Assembly: GCF_963853765.1 (NCBI RefSeq)
Contig: NC_088855.1
Coordinates: 27,342,001-27,406,000, forward strand
DNA: 64,000 nt
Direction: 5' to 3'
DNA from: Magallana gigas
Taxonomy: Eukaryota
Shown: positions 22,351 through 35,216 of the stretch, one piece after another
Numbering within the stretch: the stretch's first letter is position 1
Layout: each line of letters starts with the position of its first letter
Notes under the pieces: model-generated
The model's database searches: none
What the model was told of the DNA's origin: nothing
What the model saw: only the letters and a program-made list of their open reading frames with translations
Translations under genes and position numbers: made by a program

Positions 22351-25015
22351 ATGACAGTCAAGGACAAGGTTAAAGAATCAATTCTGGCCTGGGGGTGCGC
22401 CCCTTGCGGCCTTACCTGGTCCTTTGGGTTACAAATTGTGATTATTGGATTCTTCTTGGCTGGGTTTTGCTCCGATCACTGGCTAGAGTCGTCTATCGTC
22501 GTGTCTGGGTATGAGTCCAGAAGTCAAGGGTTGTGGCGATTCTGTTATAAGTCTCTTGGAGCCACTTGCTGTGGATACATCAACGATCTCATGTACATAG
22601 AGCGTAAGTTGTCCCCCATCAATGTTTACAGGGATCATGAATACGCAACAATACATGCTGTTATTTTAAACGATAAGTATTTTTTTTTAATTTGAACGCT
22701 GATGAATGTGTATTTTGCTTCCAGCTTTTGTGAACGCCACTAGAGCCTTTCTGGTCATGAGCTTACTTCCGCAAGGCGGTTGCATTTTGGCTGTACTTAC
22801 TGGAATTTTCAAGAAAAGTTATTCTTTTTCAAAATGTTTAGCAGGTGTGCTGAGTGGAATATCAGGTACATCGATCAATACAAATATCTATCGATTAATT
22901 CAGAGTTTTATGACATGTTAACCTGAAGTTGTTATTCGTGTATCTTTTTCCTAAAACACATTCCATTCGATCTTCAACCGAAAAATGAAGGTTTTATACA
23001 CAACTTATACATAGGGATATCAAGCTTAGTCAAATGATTAGGTTACCTATGACTCAAATGACTTTTCTGATCAATATTTTACGTTGTCTTTCGTTGTTGT
23101 CATAAATATTTCACATATTCATCTTCTTTAGAAGCCAGTTTGAAATTTGCTCAAAGCATTTGGAGGCTGTTAAAATGAAATGGCCCTCCCTCTTTCATGG
23201 GGATATAGTTTAGATTTATTAAAAATGCTGTATTTAATTATGAATCTTCAAAAACAACTAGTATTTGGTCAGAAAGTTAAAAGTTGCTTGGATGCATCCT
23301 CAAAAGTGTAGATTTCAGTTTGTTCAAATAATCTTCCACGGGGATACTAAGGTAAGCCACGATAAGATAAAAGAGGCATTATAAAAGCGCCTTTTCCCAT
23401 TATTTCGCCTACACCTGTGTCTGAACGAAAAGTACCTGTTACCAAATATAGTTTCATGTACCTGTTGCAATATGATTTTCGATACTGCTTTTATAATGGT
23501 GCAAGTAACAACTGATTTGTCATAAATTCGGGAAACCTGCATCAAAAAATGAATATATAAAACTTTATGTAAAATATCAGTTTGTACATGTATTCTGAAC
23601 CGTGATTGCAATGAATATAAGTGTACAGTTATAGATATAAATTACACGTATCTAATCGGCGGGATTTTTTATTCAAATTATTCTGTTTAATTCAGCCTGA
23701 GTATGATCAGAACCAATATGAACATATCTCTNNNNNNNNNNNNNNNNNNNNNNNNNNNNNNNNNNNNNNNNNNNNNNNNNNNNNNNNNNNNNNNNNNNNN
23801 NNNNNNNNNNNNNNNNNNNNNNNNNNNNNNNNNNNNNNNNNNNNNNNNNNNNNNNNNNNNNNNNNNNNNNNNNNTTGAAGAGATATGTTCATATTGGTTC
23901 TGATCATACTCAGGCTGAATTAAACAGAATAATTTGAATAAAAAATCCCGCCGATTAGATACGTGTAATTTAAACTAGTCTTATCATGCATCGATTATTA
24001 ATATTTGAAAAAATAGTCACTACCTGGAATCGATCCAACGACCACAAAATCAATAAGACCCCGCGTTACCACTAGGCCACGCATCTAAGAGATTCAATGG
24101 CTGTCTTTTAAATATACAGGCATGTATATGGCTATATACATGATTGTATCAGAAAAAATATAATTTTCAAATAGTCAAATATACCATTTCTTATCGCATA
24201 CTAACTATTTTCCTTATATCCCTGACAAAACCTGACTATTTTAATGATGGCGTGAAAGATAATAAAGACTCATGTAATTATGATATTTGCGTTTATGCGT
24301 TTTGTTTGCTAAATTGCTATATTTAAGGCAAAATCGTATATTTAAAAATCTTCCATAATGAACTGCTATGCTGTATATAACTTATGATTGTGAAAAAAGT
24401 ATCATAGTGAAAAAAATTCCTGCCAACTAAAAATGAAGGTTAAATATGTCAGGATACATTGTAATTTAGGCAACAGCAGGGGTTATGAGAATATTTCCGA
24501 GTTTCCCACACAGAATGCAGCCTGAAGTCGGAGGCTTAAGCCTTATCTGAGTATAAGAAGTACAAGAGCACCTCATTCTCTGTACACCACTAATGAAGCC
24601 TGAAAAATTATGAAATTATATCAGAATTGTAGGACAGAAAACTATGAAAATCATCGTTTGTTATTCTCAATATTGACATACAACTATACAACAAAAATTA
24701 TGAATAATGGTACATAATTAATAAAAATACATCGATGTAACCAAAGTGCTATTTACATATGATAACGTGTTTCCTTTAATCATCAATAATTATTAACATT
24801 TGTGAATATTATCCACCTTTCTTTCAGCTTTTTGCATCATACTTGCTGGAATCATCTATGGCGGAGCCTCCCAAGACGAGGACTCCACCAGCCTATACAG
24901 CCTCTCCTGGTCCTACGCTCTCTGTTTCGTCAGCGGCTTCCTCTACATCCCGTTCACGTGTTTTATTTGCTGCACGGACGACTCGCCTGATGAAAGTTTA
25001 TCTTCTACCACGTGA
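22351..25015 (+). CDS. RING-less claudin/PMP22-like tetraspan protein (gene E, about 193 aa), divergent from copy D
   Basis: Exons 22351-22603, 22725-22865, 24828-25015; phase-1 GT-AG introns; 582 nt open. W..GLWRFC..CC ECL1 motif, YSLSWSY before TM4, Cys cluster after TM4, short acidic tail ending SSTT*. Confidence 0.85.
23638..23972. repeat. Perfect inverted repeat (about 93 bp) flanking a 143-N gap (23732-23874)
   Basis: 23638-23731 is the reverse complement of 23880-23972. Confidence 0.9.
24023..24082 (-). other. tRNA-derived (SINE-head-like) fragment
   Basis: Reverse complement GCGTGGCCTAGTGGTAACGCG...GGATCGATTCCAGG has A-box and B-box-like motifs; no complete cloverleaf. Confidence 0.45.
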
Positions 25016-27371
25016 CTTAAAAAGTGACTCAATATGGACCAATGAACATATCCGCGGTCAAGTTTAAAATCCAACGTCCCAGAATTATACTAGCATCAGT
25101 TATATCCGTCCATTGATTGTCTGTGATATTTGTATAATTACATGAATAGAATCTCGATAAATGTTACGTAAATGTACCTTAATATATTTTTTGCTGCTTT
25201 TTAATTTGATACTAGATATTTAATTGAGAGATACATGTACATTAGCGTTAACTCGAGAAGAGAACATTAGTCAAGTTTTTAAAATTGAACTACCGTAGCT
25301 TTAATTCGGATAATCCACAGTTGACTTAACGCAAGGATCGCTGTTTTTCTATTTTCCTAAATCTGACATATGAGTTGATGAAAGTACATACAGTTTGGTT
25401 TGTTTTACTGTATGCCAATAAAGAATATCTAAATTTTGAATATTTCTAACTTTGAAAGGAGACTGATTTTGTTGGTGTTAATAGGAGAAAGTATACAACT
25501 TTCTAAGCTAATTGATTTGTATGGAAAATTATTTGATCACGCAATACCGTAAGAGTGAAATAATCGGAGCATGCAGCTTTCATTTTAAACAGTAAATGCA
25601 AGTATATTATGTTTATTAAATATATTAAAGAAAATACGCCGTAAATGTTTGCTTGGTATATAATACAATAAAAATACGATCAAACCTAACTTCAGGAGTC
25701 TTTAAACCCTAAGTTTATGGCATTCCCTAAATACCCTAACCCCCTTTCTTGAAGCAAATTATGATCACATGTAGGAACCATTTTAGTAATCTATTTATTG
25801 CTTGTTTTCTAATGAAATATCCCAAATCCTACCATCAAACCATATCTTTATTCATTTATTTTTTTTGTTCGTTTTGTAAAAATCTACTGAATGATACTAT
25901 TTGTTGTACTAGTTATCTTATAAAAACTATGTTAATGCCCCCCCCCCAAAAAAAATATCCAACAAAACGACGCGAAAGTCAAATGACCGGTCCAATAAAG
26001 ATGTTGATTGGTCTGTCTGTCTAGCGTAACATTTGCATGGTGGGCCGCTACGTTACATCGTCCGATATGATATCGGCGGGGCGGAAATAAAACACTTCGA
26101 CATATAAATGGCGTGTTGAGCTATAAATTGTACTTGCATCTGGTGCATGACTCTGCTCTCCATATATGTCCCAAATATTTCTGAAACTTTACAAATCCAC
26201 ATCTTTTTATATCTTCTTGCTCCTCAATCTGATTAAAATACATATATCTACATGATTAGCGCACAAACATTTGAGAATCAGATACCCAAGCCTATTGTCC
26301 TTTCCGATATATTTCATTTTAGTCATGTTGTATATTTTATTTGATAAAATGAAATATATCGGAAAGGACACTATCCTCAAACCAAGCTTTTTAATTGTTC
26401 ATGTGTCAAGAGTCCAACTTCCATAGTACGTGTAGATCGGTGACACCTAGGAGGTTGGGCCTTATATCCCTCTCAGACTATTTAAACCTGTATATGAACA
26501 AACATATTTGCACAATCATATCCCAATAAAAATATATACATGTATATATATAAAGAACTATATCTGATATTAGTCAAATTTGGCCCCCAAAATTCGATAT
26601 TTTTAAAATTATTCAGGCACATTACTTTGTTGTGTTATTTTATAAAAGAGTTGACATGAAATATGTTTTTCACCAATTTATTTGATTTATATGCAGTATA
26701 TGACGTCAGAAGTGACTCTATTTTTATTATTCAATCAAAATCAATCAAAAATTGACATTTTTCTTATCTTTTTTCGAATGGGAAATATAGAGCGACTCTT
26801 TGAACAAAAACGAACTTTTTGTCACTTATAAGTATTGGAGAGATACATCTTTGGTGAAAATATTTTGTTTGTTCAAGCAGTCGCTCAATGTTTCCTTAAA
26901 GAAAAACTGCCTTAAAACAAGCCGTTTTGTGCTAAAAATGAGAAAATGGCGGGAAAAGGTAAACTTTATGATGTCATATTTTTAAATTGTGGGCATTAAA
27001 ATCAAAATGAAAATTATGAAAAAACTTCAAATGTATATCTGTACAAATAAAACAAAGAATTACAGTAAAATGACAATGTTCATTTTAGGGGGCCATTTTA
27101 GGCTCAAACCATATATAGTCCTTTCATTTAAAATAAAATTAATTCCCCGTCTTGTTTACACGGCATCAGTTGACAATGTTTTCACTAAAATTGGAATCTC
27201 CGGTGAGCACATTGGCCCATGGGAATAAATGAATTTTAATATTGTGATGAAATATTTTCTAGACAAATTGTCTGAAATTGCACGTTTGTTGTTTCTGAAA
27301 AAGGCATCCAGAAAAATCACAACTTAAATAGCTCATTTTATTTGAATATTATTACCGACACTACATAGACA

Positions 27372-29738
27372 CTAGCTGCATGTCTGTATCTCCCGGTCTG
27401 AAAAAAAATCGAATGGACGACCTGGGAGCTACAGTGCCTCCCATAGTAATCAAAGTACTGACGGGAGTTGATTTTTTGATTTTATCCATTATTATTTATT
27501 TTAGAATCAACGATACGTTATTTTGCATGGCAAGTATTTTCTTATACCAGAGACATAAATGTTTATGTCTCTGCTTATACATGTTTGTATTTGAATTACG
27601 CACATTTTTATAATATGAATACTCGGACTTTTCCGAAAATAATTTCGATAAAACCCATATGAATCATGTCGTGTGATATTTAAAGATACTATTGATTCCA
27701 TTAAGGTACATGTATGTATCAGTAATCGAAATATTTCTGAAAAATTGTATGGATCTAAGCAATACTGGAAACTAGTTTCGTTCAACCAGACGCTCGGCTT
27801 TCTCCGTTAATCTCCGACAAGCAAGAGAGATTCTCTGCTTGTCGAAAATTTACGGACACGACCGATCGTCTGGTTGAACGAGACTGTAGTAATCTCTAGC
27901 GTAGGAATACATACCACTACAAAAAATATCTAAATTGTTACTACCATTTATAATCTGACTATTTTCACTGTATTTATAAATAAGTTTCCTTGAAAAACAG
28001 TGCTTCATAATTCATTACAGCGAATTTATCGATTATTTTCGAGAACTAAGTCTTGTCAGCGGTGATGATTTGTGCTTAGGTCCAAACACTGTTTCACTTT
28101 CGGTTTGCCAGAGTGACTGCATAGGAGAGTTGATTAAATCAACTCCCAAAAATCAATTGCAGCTTCTCGGGCCTTTCCGGCAAGCTCGGAAAAACACCTC
28201 GAATGTATTACATAGGCATCCATTACAACCCCCCTTTTTAAAAATCTTAATATCAATACAATGCATTTTACGATCTGTTGAGATGTGAGCTTAACTTCAT
28301 TTAAAGTCAATGATGTATCCTAAAATATACCACAGAAACGACATACATGTATAAGGCTGTCAGGTCGATACTTATTCTAATGGGAAGCGACTCCATTTTG
28401 TATAAAATTCTAACATCCGGTAATGTTAATACATTCGAGGTGTTTTTCTGAGCTTGCCGGAAAGGCCCGAGAAGCTGCGATTGAGTAAAAATCTGCAATT
28501 TACGACGCACAAAAAATTGCGCAAGATTTTTACACGTGAAAATGGCGACTCTCGATCTCGACGTAAATTAATATACTTCGTTTTCCGAGGTCGGTTAGCA
28601 TGTTTAACAGGTCTAGGCAACCTCCGTTTTTGGAGGATAGCTCAATTTCAAGATGGCTGCTGATTTTTACCATATATGGAAAGTCACTTTGCATTGTGGG
28701 TGAAATTATCCTCCATTTTTGGAGGATAGCATGGGTATATTTCAAAGGCTTCGTGCATATCTTTAATGAGAAAATGCAAGCACCAGACCATATGGGAATT
28801 AAAGTTAAGGGAATAAACTAATGATTGTATGCGGCGATTTGAAATTCTATGTATAGTATTTTCACAATATGCTTTGAAAGTGTGTACTTCCTGTGTTCAG
28901 TTTTACAAATGACATAGACTATTTACATGTTTCATTTAATAAAAATCACAAAATAGTGATGTTTATTACTCATTAAAACATTAATTAGTTCATTCACGTT
29001 TAGAGACACACAATAGATATCTTGATCTGCTATATTGTACATGTACAAAGTAAATGTTTGCATATACCTTAGGAACTTTGTAGCTCTTATTCTAATTAAT
29101 TCACATGTTATTAAGTATCATTTAAATTTAATCCCTTCACACAAAAAGACATTGTTAAATTTTATTAATCAAAATGATACCATTTATAGATATCAATTAT
29201 CCACAATATTGAAAAAAAATGTGAGAGTCTTCACATAAAATATTTTTCTTTAAAATCAGCCCTGCAATTATTTAAACTTAAATATTTATTAAATATTATC
29301 AATAATTATAATTATTAATAGCTAAATAAGGTGATATTTTTATAGTATAATAATTATATTTTATTCATAGTTAACTCCCTTTGTAAAAACAGAGTTAATT
29401 GCCCTTCATCTGAAAAGATCCACCAGGGGGCGCATACATCTATCCTCCAAAAACGGAGGATAAAATCTATCCTCCAAAAACGGAGGTTGCCTAGACCTGT
29501 TTAAGAGAAAGTCTGAGGCAAGTAAAGTGGTAATATCAGAAGTAAATTTCCTGAAAAATTTAATGGTACTAAATGTTTTCACAGAATTTGTGTGCAAATA
29601 AGGTTAATCAGTCCAAATCTAGCGCAATTTTTTGTGCGTCGTAAATTGCAGAGTTTTACTATGGGAGGCACTGTATAGCTCCCAGGTCGTCCATACGAAT
29701 TTTTTCAGACCAGGAGCTACAGACCTGCAGCTACGTAG
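27372..29738. mobile_element. Nested TIR/MITE cluster
   Basis: Outer TIR 27372-27449 vs 29657-29738, continued by 28487-28640 vs 29465-29656. Inner IR 28148-28210 vs 28428-28484; hairpin MITE 27780-27875; GGGAGTTGATTT family 27450-28147, also at 57590-57820. Confidence 0.75.
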
Positions 29739-32700
29739 ACACATAACGAAGGGAATACACATGTATCTATGATACAGCAATCTTTGTATAATAAAAAAGA
29801 TTTAGAAGATATCGATGAGCTCCACTATATTGATGTGTCTCTTTTACGCTGATCGAATCACGAAAGAAATATATATATAAAGACTTTTTTCAACAACAAA
29901 AAAATCAAGTGTTTTTAAGTTAGTTAAACTTTTAAGTGTTAACAATATAAAGGAACTGAATAATTTAGGTAAATAATTGTCTAGCGCCCTCAAAATGAGA
30001 GCTCAGCATTGAAATGATACTTCAGTTGTAAGCTACTACAGCTAATACATGTATTATATATAATGTATATTTTATGTTGTGTGCATTATTTTTTCTTATG
30101 TCCACTCACCTACTGCACATTACAAATTTTTATATTTATGTACAAAACCTTGTATTCTAATGAGTTATACAGCCCAAGGACAATAAATTGAAAATCGAAG
30201 AAGAAAAATGCCCCTACGACACATTTCATGTACGAGCTAACAATATTTCATTGTAGGGGTATTCCCCACGTCTGAATTTCCAAAGAAAAAACCATGAATA
30301 CGATGTTGTTTTCATTTTCGGTAACAGAAAACTTTCAAATGAGGTATGTTTATTTTCTAGACATAATTATACACACTTAACATTACTAAACGATTAAAAC
30401 TGAAAATTTCTGGGATATGAATGATTAATAAACGAGCATTAACCATGTTAACTTGGAGTTGTGTAAAACGTGTATCCTTTCGAGAGCCTCCTGTCTTCTT
30501 CAGCTGACGATAGCTTTGATGAAATATTTGGATAAGATTTCGTTAATGTTACATGCTTATTATTTTTATCGTGTTATATTTTATATATGAATAAATCTTG
30601 CAGGTAACGACATTTAGCTGTCTGCAACATGCATGCAATGTATACCTCTTTGGAAATTTTAAATATCGGGGTTCTGTGAAGGGAACAGAAGATCAAAATG
30701 TAAACATACAGGTTTAACACAAGTACAGGAAGTTTGTATTCACTTCTTAGCAAACGAGATAATTTGTGCATTTTATAAACAAAGACATAAAGCAAGATAA
30801 TACAAATCTTAGAATTTGCCCAAAATGACAGCTTTCTGGGGTTTAAATGGAAAATCCATAATTTAGATTAAGAAAACTTCCTTCATGAATTTGATAAAAT
30901 GTCAACCTTATAATCTATCAATCATGGTTTGTAAGGTAAATGAAAGACTTTCAATAGGGCTTTCACAAGAGTTTCTATTGAAAGTGAGCCATCGTTTGTT
31001 TATTCTCATTACCATTGAGTTGGCAAGATGTTTGTACGGTAAGTATAAATTCCTATCTGATTAATCACCCAAATCATTGTGAACACAACACAATATATAC
31101 ATAGGTGGATCAAGATATTGCTCTGAGCTCAAGAAACAAATGAATTCATGATGCATACACACATGCACCCATTAAATATTAGGTGAAACCGGATTTAATG
31201 TTTTAAAGGATTTTTTAAATTTTCTTGTACCATGAATCAATGACATTGAAATATTGCACAGTAAATAAATGATGCAAGGTAGTAAGGCGATTTGTAAAAA
31301 AACAACCTGTTTGTATGCCCTTCTTTAGTAAGTGTGTAACCTTTGGGTCTGTAGGGGGAGATAATTTATCGGGAGTCGGACATCTTTGCAAAACAAGGGT
31401 AAATATTATGCTTTTCTTCTCTTCAAGAGAAGTTGAAGAGAAGAGAAACAGTCAATGTAAAGTTTAAGATTTACTGTTAGCCACAGAGAAATCCATGAAA
31501 TAATTTCTAAAGATGGTCCAAACTACGGTGTATAGGAAATTAAAAACATGCATTAATCATTTTATATTTTGCAATCTTGTTCCAATTTATACAAAATTGC
31601 TGCATGATGATGATATGGCAAAACATTATTATAATTTTCATGTGATCGTTGCAAATGTCTTTCAGTCATCCATTATTTTGATATACATAAGTACAATGCT
31701 TAGTCTAGATAAAATGTAAAATGTCTTTTGAAATTCATTTCTTTGGTAATATACATGTACTTTCACATATGAGATTTAAATCTTTGTAAAACTTAATTTG
31801 TAAACTTTTAAAGGTTGTTACACAATATTTGAATAAACATCCATATTTTGTGCAAATCTGAAAGTGTGCTACAAGGGGGCATTGGTGTTGAAAAAAAACC
31901 CCAGTAAGTTACAAATAACAAAAAACTATTTTATATGGAAAGAGCATTTCATGCAAATACAAATGTAAATGTAATAAATTAGTAAATTAAATTTATAATG
32001 TACTTACATCTTTATCTTCTCAGCTATGGAGCAATAAAATGGCTAATATAAAATTATGTTTTTACATGTATCCCCACTTTATATAAGAAGACCCTTAATT
32101 TATTTTTAAAAATGTTTTGATGTGTACGAGAATATTGAAATGACATAGATATTTTTCCCTCTTAATAATGAACTTGTTTTTACATCTATTCACATTGACA
32201 ATTTGTGTGCTTAGGTCTTTTCCTTCCAGACTTTCATTAGGCTTTCTACGTTATGGTAAAACTTATTACAATTTCTGCTAATCTTTATTCCCATTCTTTT
32301 TCATTTATCTAGACTTTATAGATGTAACGAATGTTAAAAAAAAACTAAGCTTAGAATACTTTCAAGTACTGGATGGTTTCATATACATGTGCTACAGACT
32401 AATACGGTAGTTTATCTTTTTATTTGTATATCTTTTTGCATTTGTTATTCATTTAACCACTGAGTGTTATTTTTCTCTATTTTTGAAACATTAATCTCTT
32501 TAGAAAAAAAAAAGTTAAAAAAAAAAATCTTTCATTTGTTAGATCAAAGCTGATTTTAATATTTCTCAGAGAAACAGACTTTATGTTTATTAAAAATTTC
32601 AAGTTCAATTCAGGGACTGGTCAATAGGAAGTCATAAAATGTTACTATAGCACTCCCTTCCTTGGAGTCATCACCTGAGCTTTGTTGCTCAGAAGTAAGA

Positions 32701-33281
32701 AAAACTGTGTACTACACTTGCTGAAAACAACCCTGCATTATTGTCTATTCATCCCAATTACTTGATTCAATTTCATTGCTGCAGTCTTTATCACAGAATT
32801 CTGTTTAGTCCACGATTCAAGGCAGATATGAGTATATTGTCATATATAATGAGTTGTGCTGCCTTCCATTTTATTTTACCAACCAGGTTAACCATTTTTT
32901 AACCAACTGCCAGTTATTATATAATAAATATAAAGGATAGATGTACATTTACGTTCAGTAAAAGCAACATTTATCTCATTTTTTAATGCCAGATGGTGTG
33001 AGATTCTCATGAATGAAACTAGAAGGTGTTATTTGTGAATTAGGGTTTCCAAAGTTTTAGATATTAAGAGTTTCATTCAGAGTGAATTTCCTTATACAGT
33101 TTAAGATTGGTTTTATTCTGAAAGTGATAGCTACCGGTACATAAATATCACACAAGGGTTATTGCTGGGACATTGCCACCTTACCACCAAAAAGTTTTAA
33201 AAATTTTAAAATAACACATATAAGGGTAAAAACTAACAGTAACATTAACTGCACATGTATTTTTGTAATTTGGGTTGATAA

Positions 33282-33542
33282 GGCCTATAAAAAATTGTGT
33301 GTTTAGGGTAACGCTGATGAAAAAATTAGGTTAGGTAGGTAGGGATTTTTTTATTTTTATCATATTTTTTTTTTCATGAATCCTAAGAATGTTTGTTTGT
33401 GTGATATTTAAAAACGGATTTTCTAATAGAAATAATATCAAATTCACAACCGGATGAAAACAGACATCTTAAAATGGTAGGATCGGGGCATTTTTGTAGG
33501 TTAGGTCAGGTTACCCTAATCACACAACTTTTTTTTTAGGCC
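33282..33542. mobile_element. MITE with TAA target duplication (PIF/Harbinger-like)
   Basis: TAA|GGCCTATAAAAAATTGTGTGTTTAGGGTAAC ... GTTACCCTAATCACACAACTTTTTTTTAGGCC|TAA. Confidence 0.7.
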
Positions 33543-34056
33543 TAATGATCTTAACAGGCGTAAAAGTCTTATCAGGAAACAACATTGATGAAATTTTGAG
33601 ACCTTGGCTTGGTATGTTGATTTACTGAATAAGTTAAAAATCAAAGTAAAATCTTTAATATTTGAAGATACAGAAATAAATGCTTTTCCTCCTTTCATGT
33701 ACATCAAACTATATTATTCAGCTGAGGACTGTATTATTGCAGAGGTTATAACAATTTAAAACTGCAAAGAACTATGCTCAAAAATAAATATTATAGAATG
33801 CAGTGATTATTATAGTTACATTACAGGAAAATCCTTCATAATTGTTCCTGTTTCATTTTTATAACTTTGACTTACTATTCAACAATGAACTGTGGACATA
33901 TTTTGTTCCAGATATATGTAGATATGTTCAAAACATGTAAATTACATTTCAATTATATCTAAATTGGATAGTAGCAATATGTAGCAATATGTACGGGTGT
34001 ATATAGATAATGGTGATAAAAAAATTAAGTAAATTGATATAAGTATGATTATCGCT

Positions 34057-34058
34057 CT

Positions 34059-34090
<32 letters not shown>
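34057..34090. repeat. (GA)n microsatellite; others: (TA)n about 43316-43342, (CT)n about 63571-63607
   Basis: Direct reading. Confidence 0.9.
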
Positions 34091-35216
34091 CGGTTTTTTA
34101 AACAATGGACAAAAACGTGACTTTATTTAATTCTGTATTGAATAGTAACGAATTTTAATGAAATGCAAGTGCTGCTATCAGTGGATATCAAATTTTGATC
34201 ATTATTTATCTTAGATATAAATCCCAACCAGGCACACATTTTGACACATGCTAGTCCCCTTTATGTAAAACTGTCCAATTACATGTTTATTTTTTTATTG
34301 TATGTGTACGTACAATGAACAAGGAAGAGTTGTTTGCTTTTGATCTGGGTCACTATACCAATATCAGATTTCTTGAAAGATAAACATCCTGGTTTGAAAT
34401 CTTGTGGTAACCCCATTATGCGAGAGGGCTTTTTAGTTACTCAACTGCTATTTATGAATACACATAAGTAGCAATCGTGGTAAAATTAATGTAATTACGA
34501 AATATACCCATTTCGGACTAAATTTATGATCGGGTAACTTAAATTAATCGTTTAAATTCAAATTTTGGAAAATTCCACGTCAGTTATAAACAATTTTGAC
34601 TATTTTACTCCCTTTTCTTATAAAAACGATAAATGTGTCATAAATGTACAACGTAAATTTTAAAAAAAGAAGACACGATAACTTGTACGTTTTCGAAGAA
34701 TGGCCGTCCATTTTTTAGTTTCGTTTCACGTGTGTGTCTTTACCTGGTACGGCGAAAGGGAGTAGTGTTTATTTTCTGGAAATGTGGAACTTTACAGAGG
34801 ATTACGCACTCCGCTAGAATAATAATAACCATGTCAATTGTATACCATTCACTAATCGCTAAATGTGTCACAACGGCATACACATCGATAGAAAAGAGAG
34901 CACGAGTAGAGAGAAAAAAAATTTAAATCGTTTTTAATGAACTCGTTTTCGTTCCTGATTTAGAAAAAAAAATTATAAGTAAGCAACAAATTCTCTCTTA
35001 ATATATCCTTCTGTCAGAGCGGGATACATCGAAAATTGAAAACGGAAAACAGGAAAACAAAAACTTTAGGACATGTCTCCCAAAATTAACCTAGGTCAAT
35101 GTGCTTTTTTTTTTTAATTTTGTGAAAATAATTCTCAATTTTTTTTTCTCTTTTTCAGACATTCATATCTGATTTCAAGGGGGATGGAGTAACGAGGAAA
35201 AATTTAAAAACAAGAG

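Noticed and set aside
30900-34760. Scattered splice-like signals, e.g. a 16-nt minus-strand microexon near 32008-32023 and a donor near 34742, hinting at a transcript divergent from the SPATA2-like gene
   Set aside because: No consistent reading frame or exon chain could be assembled; needs RNA data.
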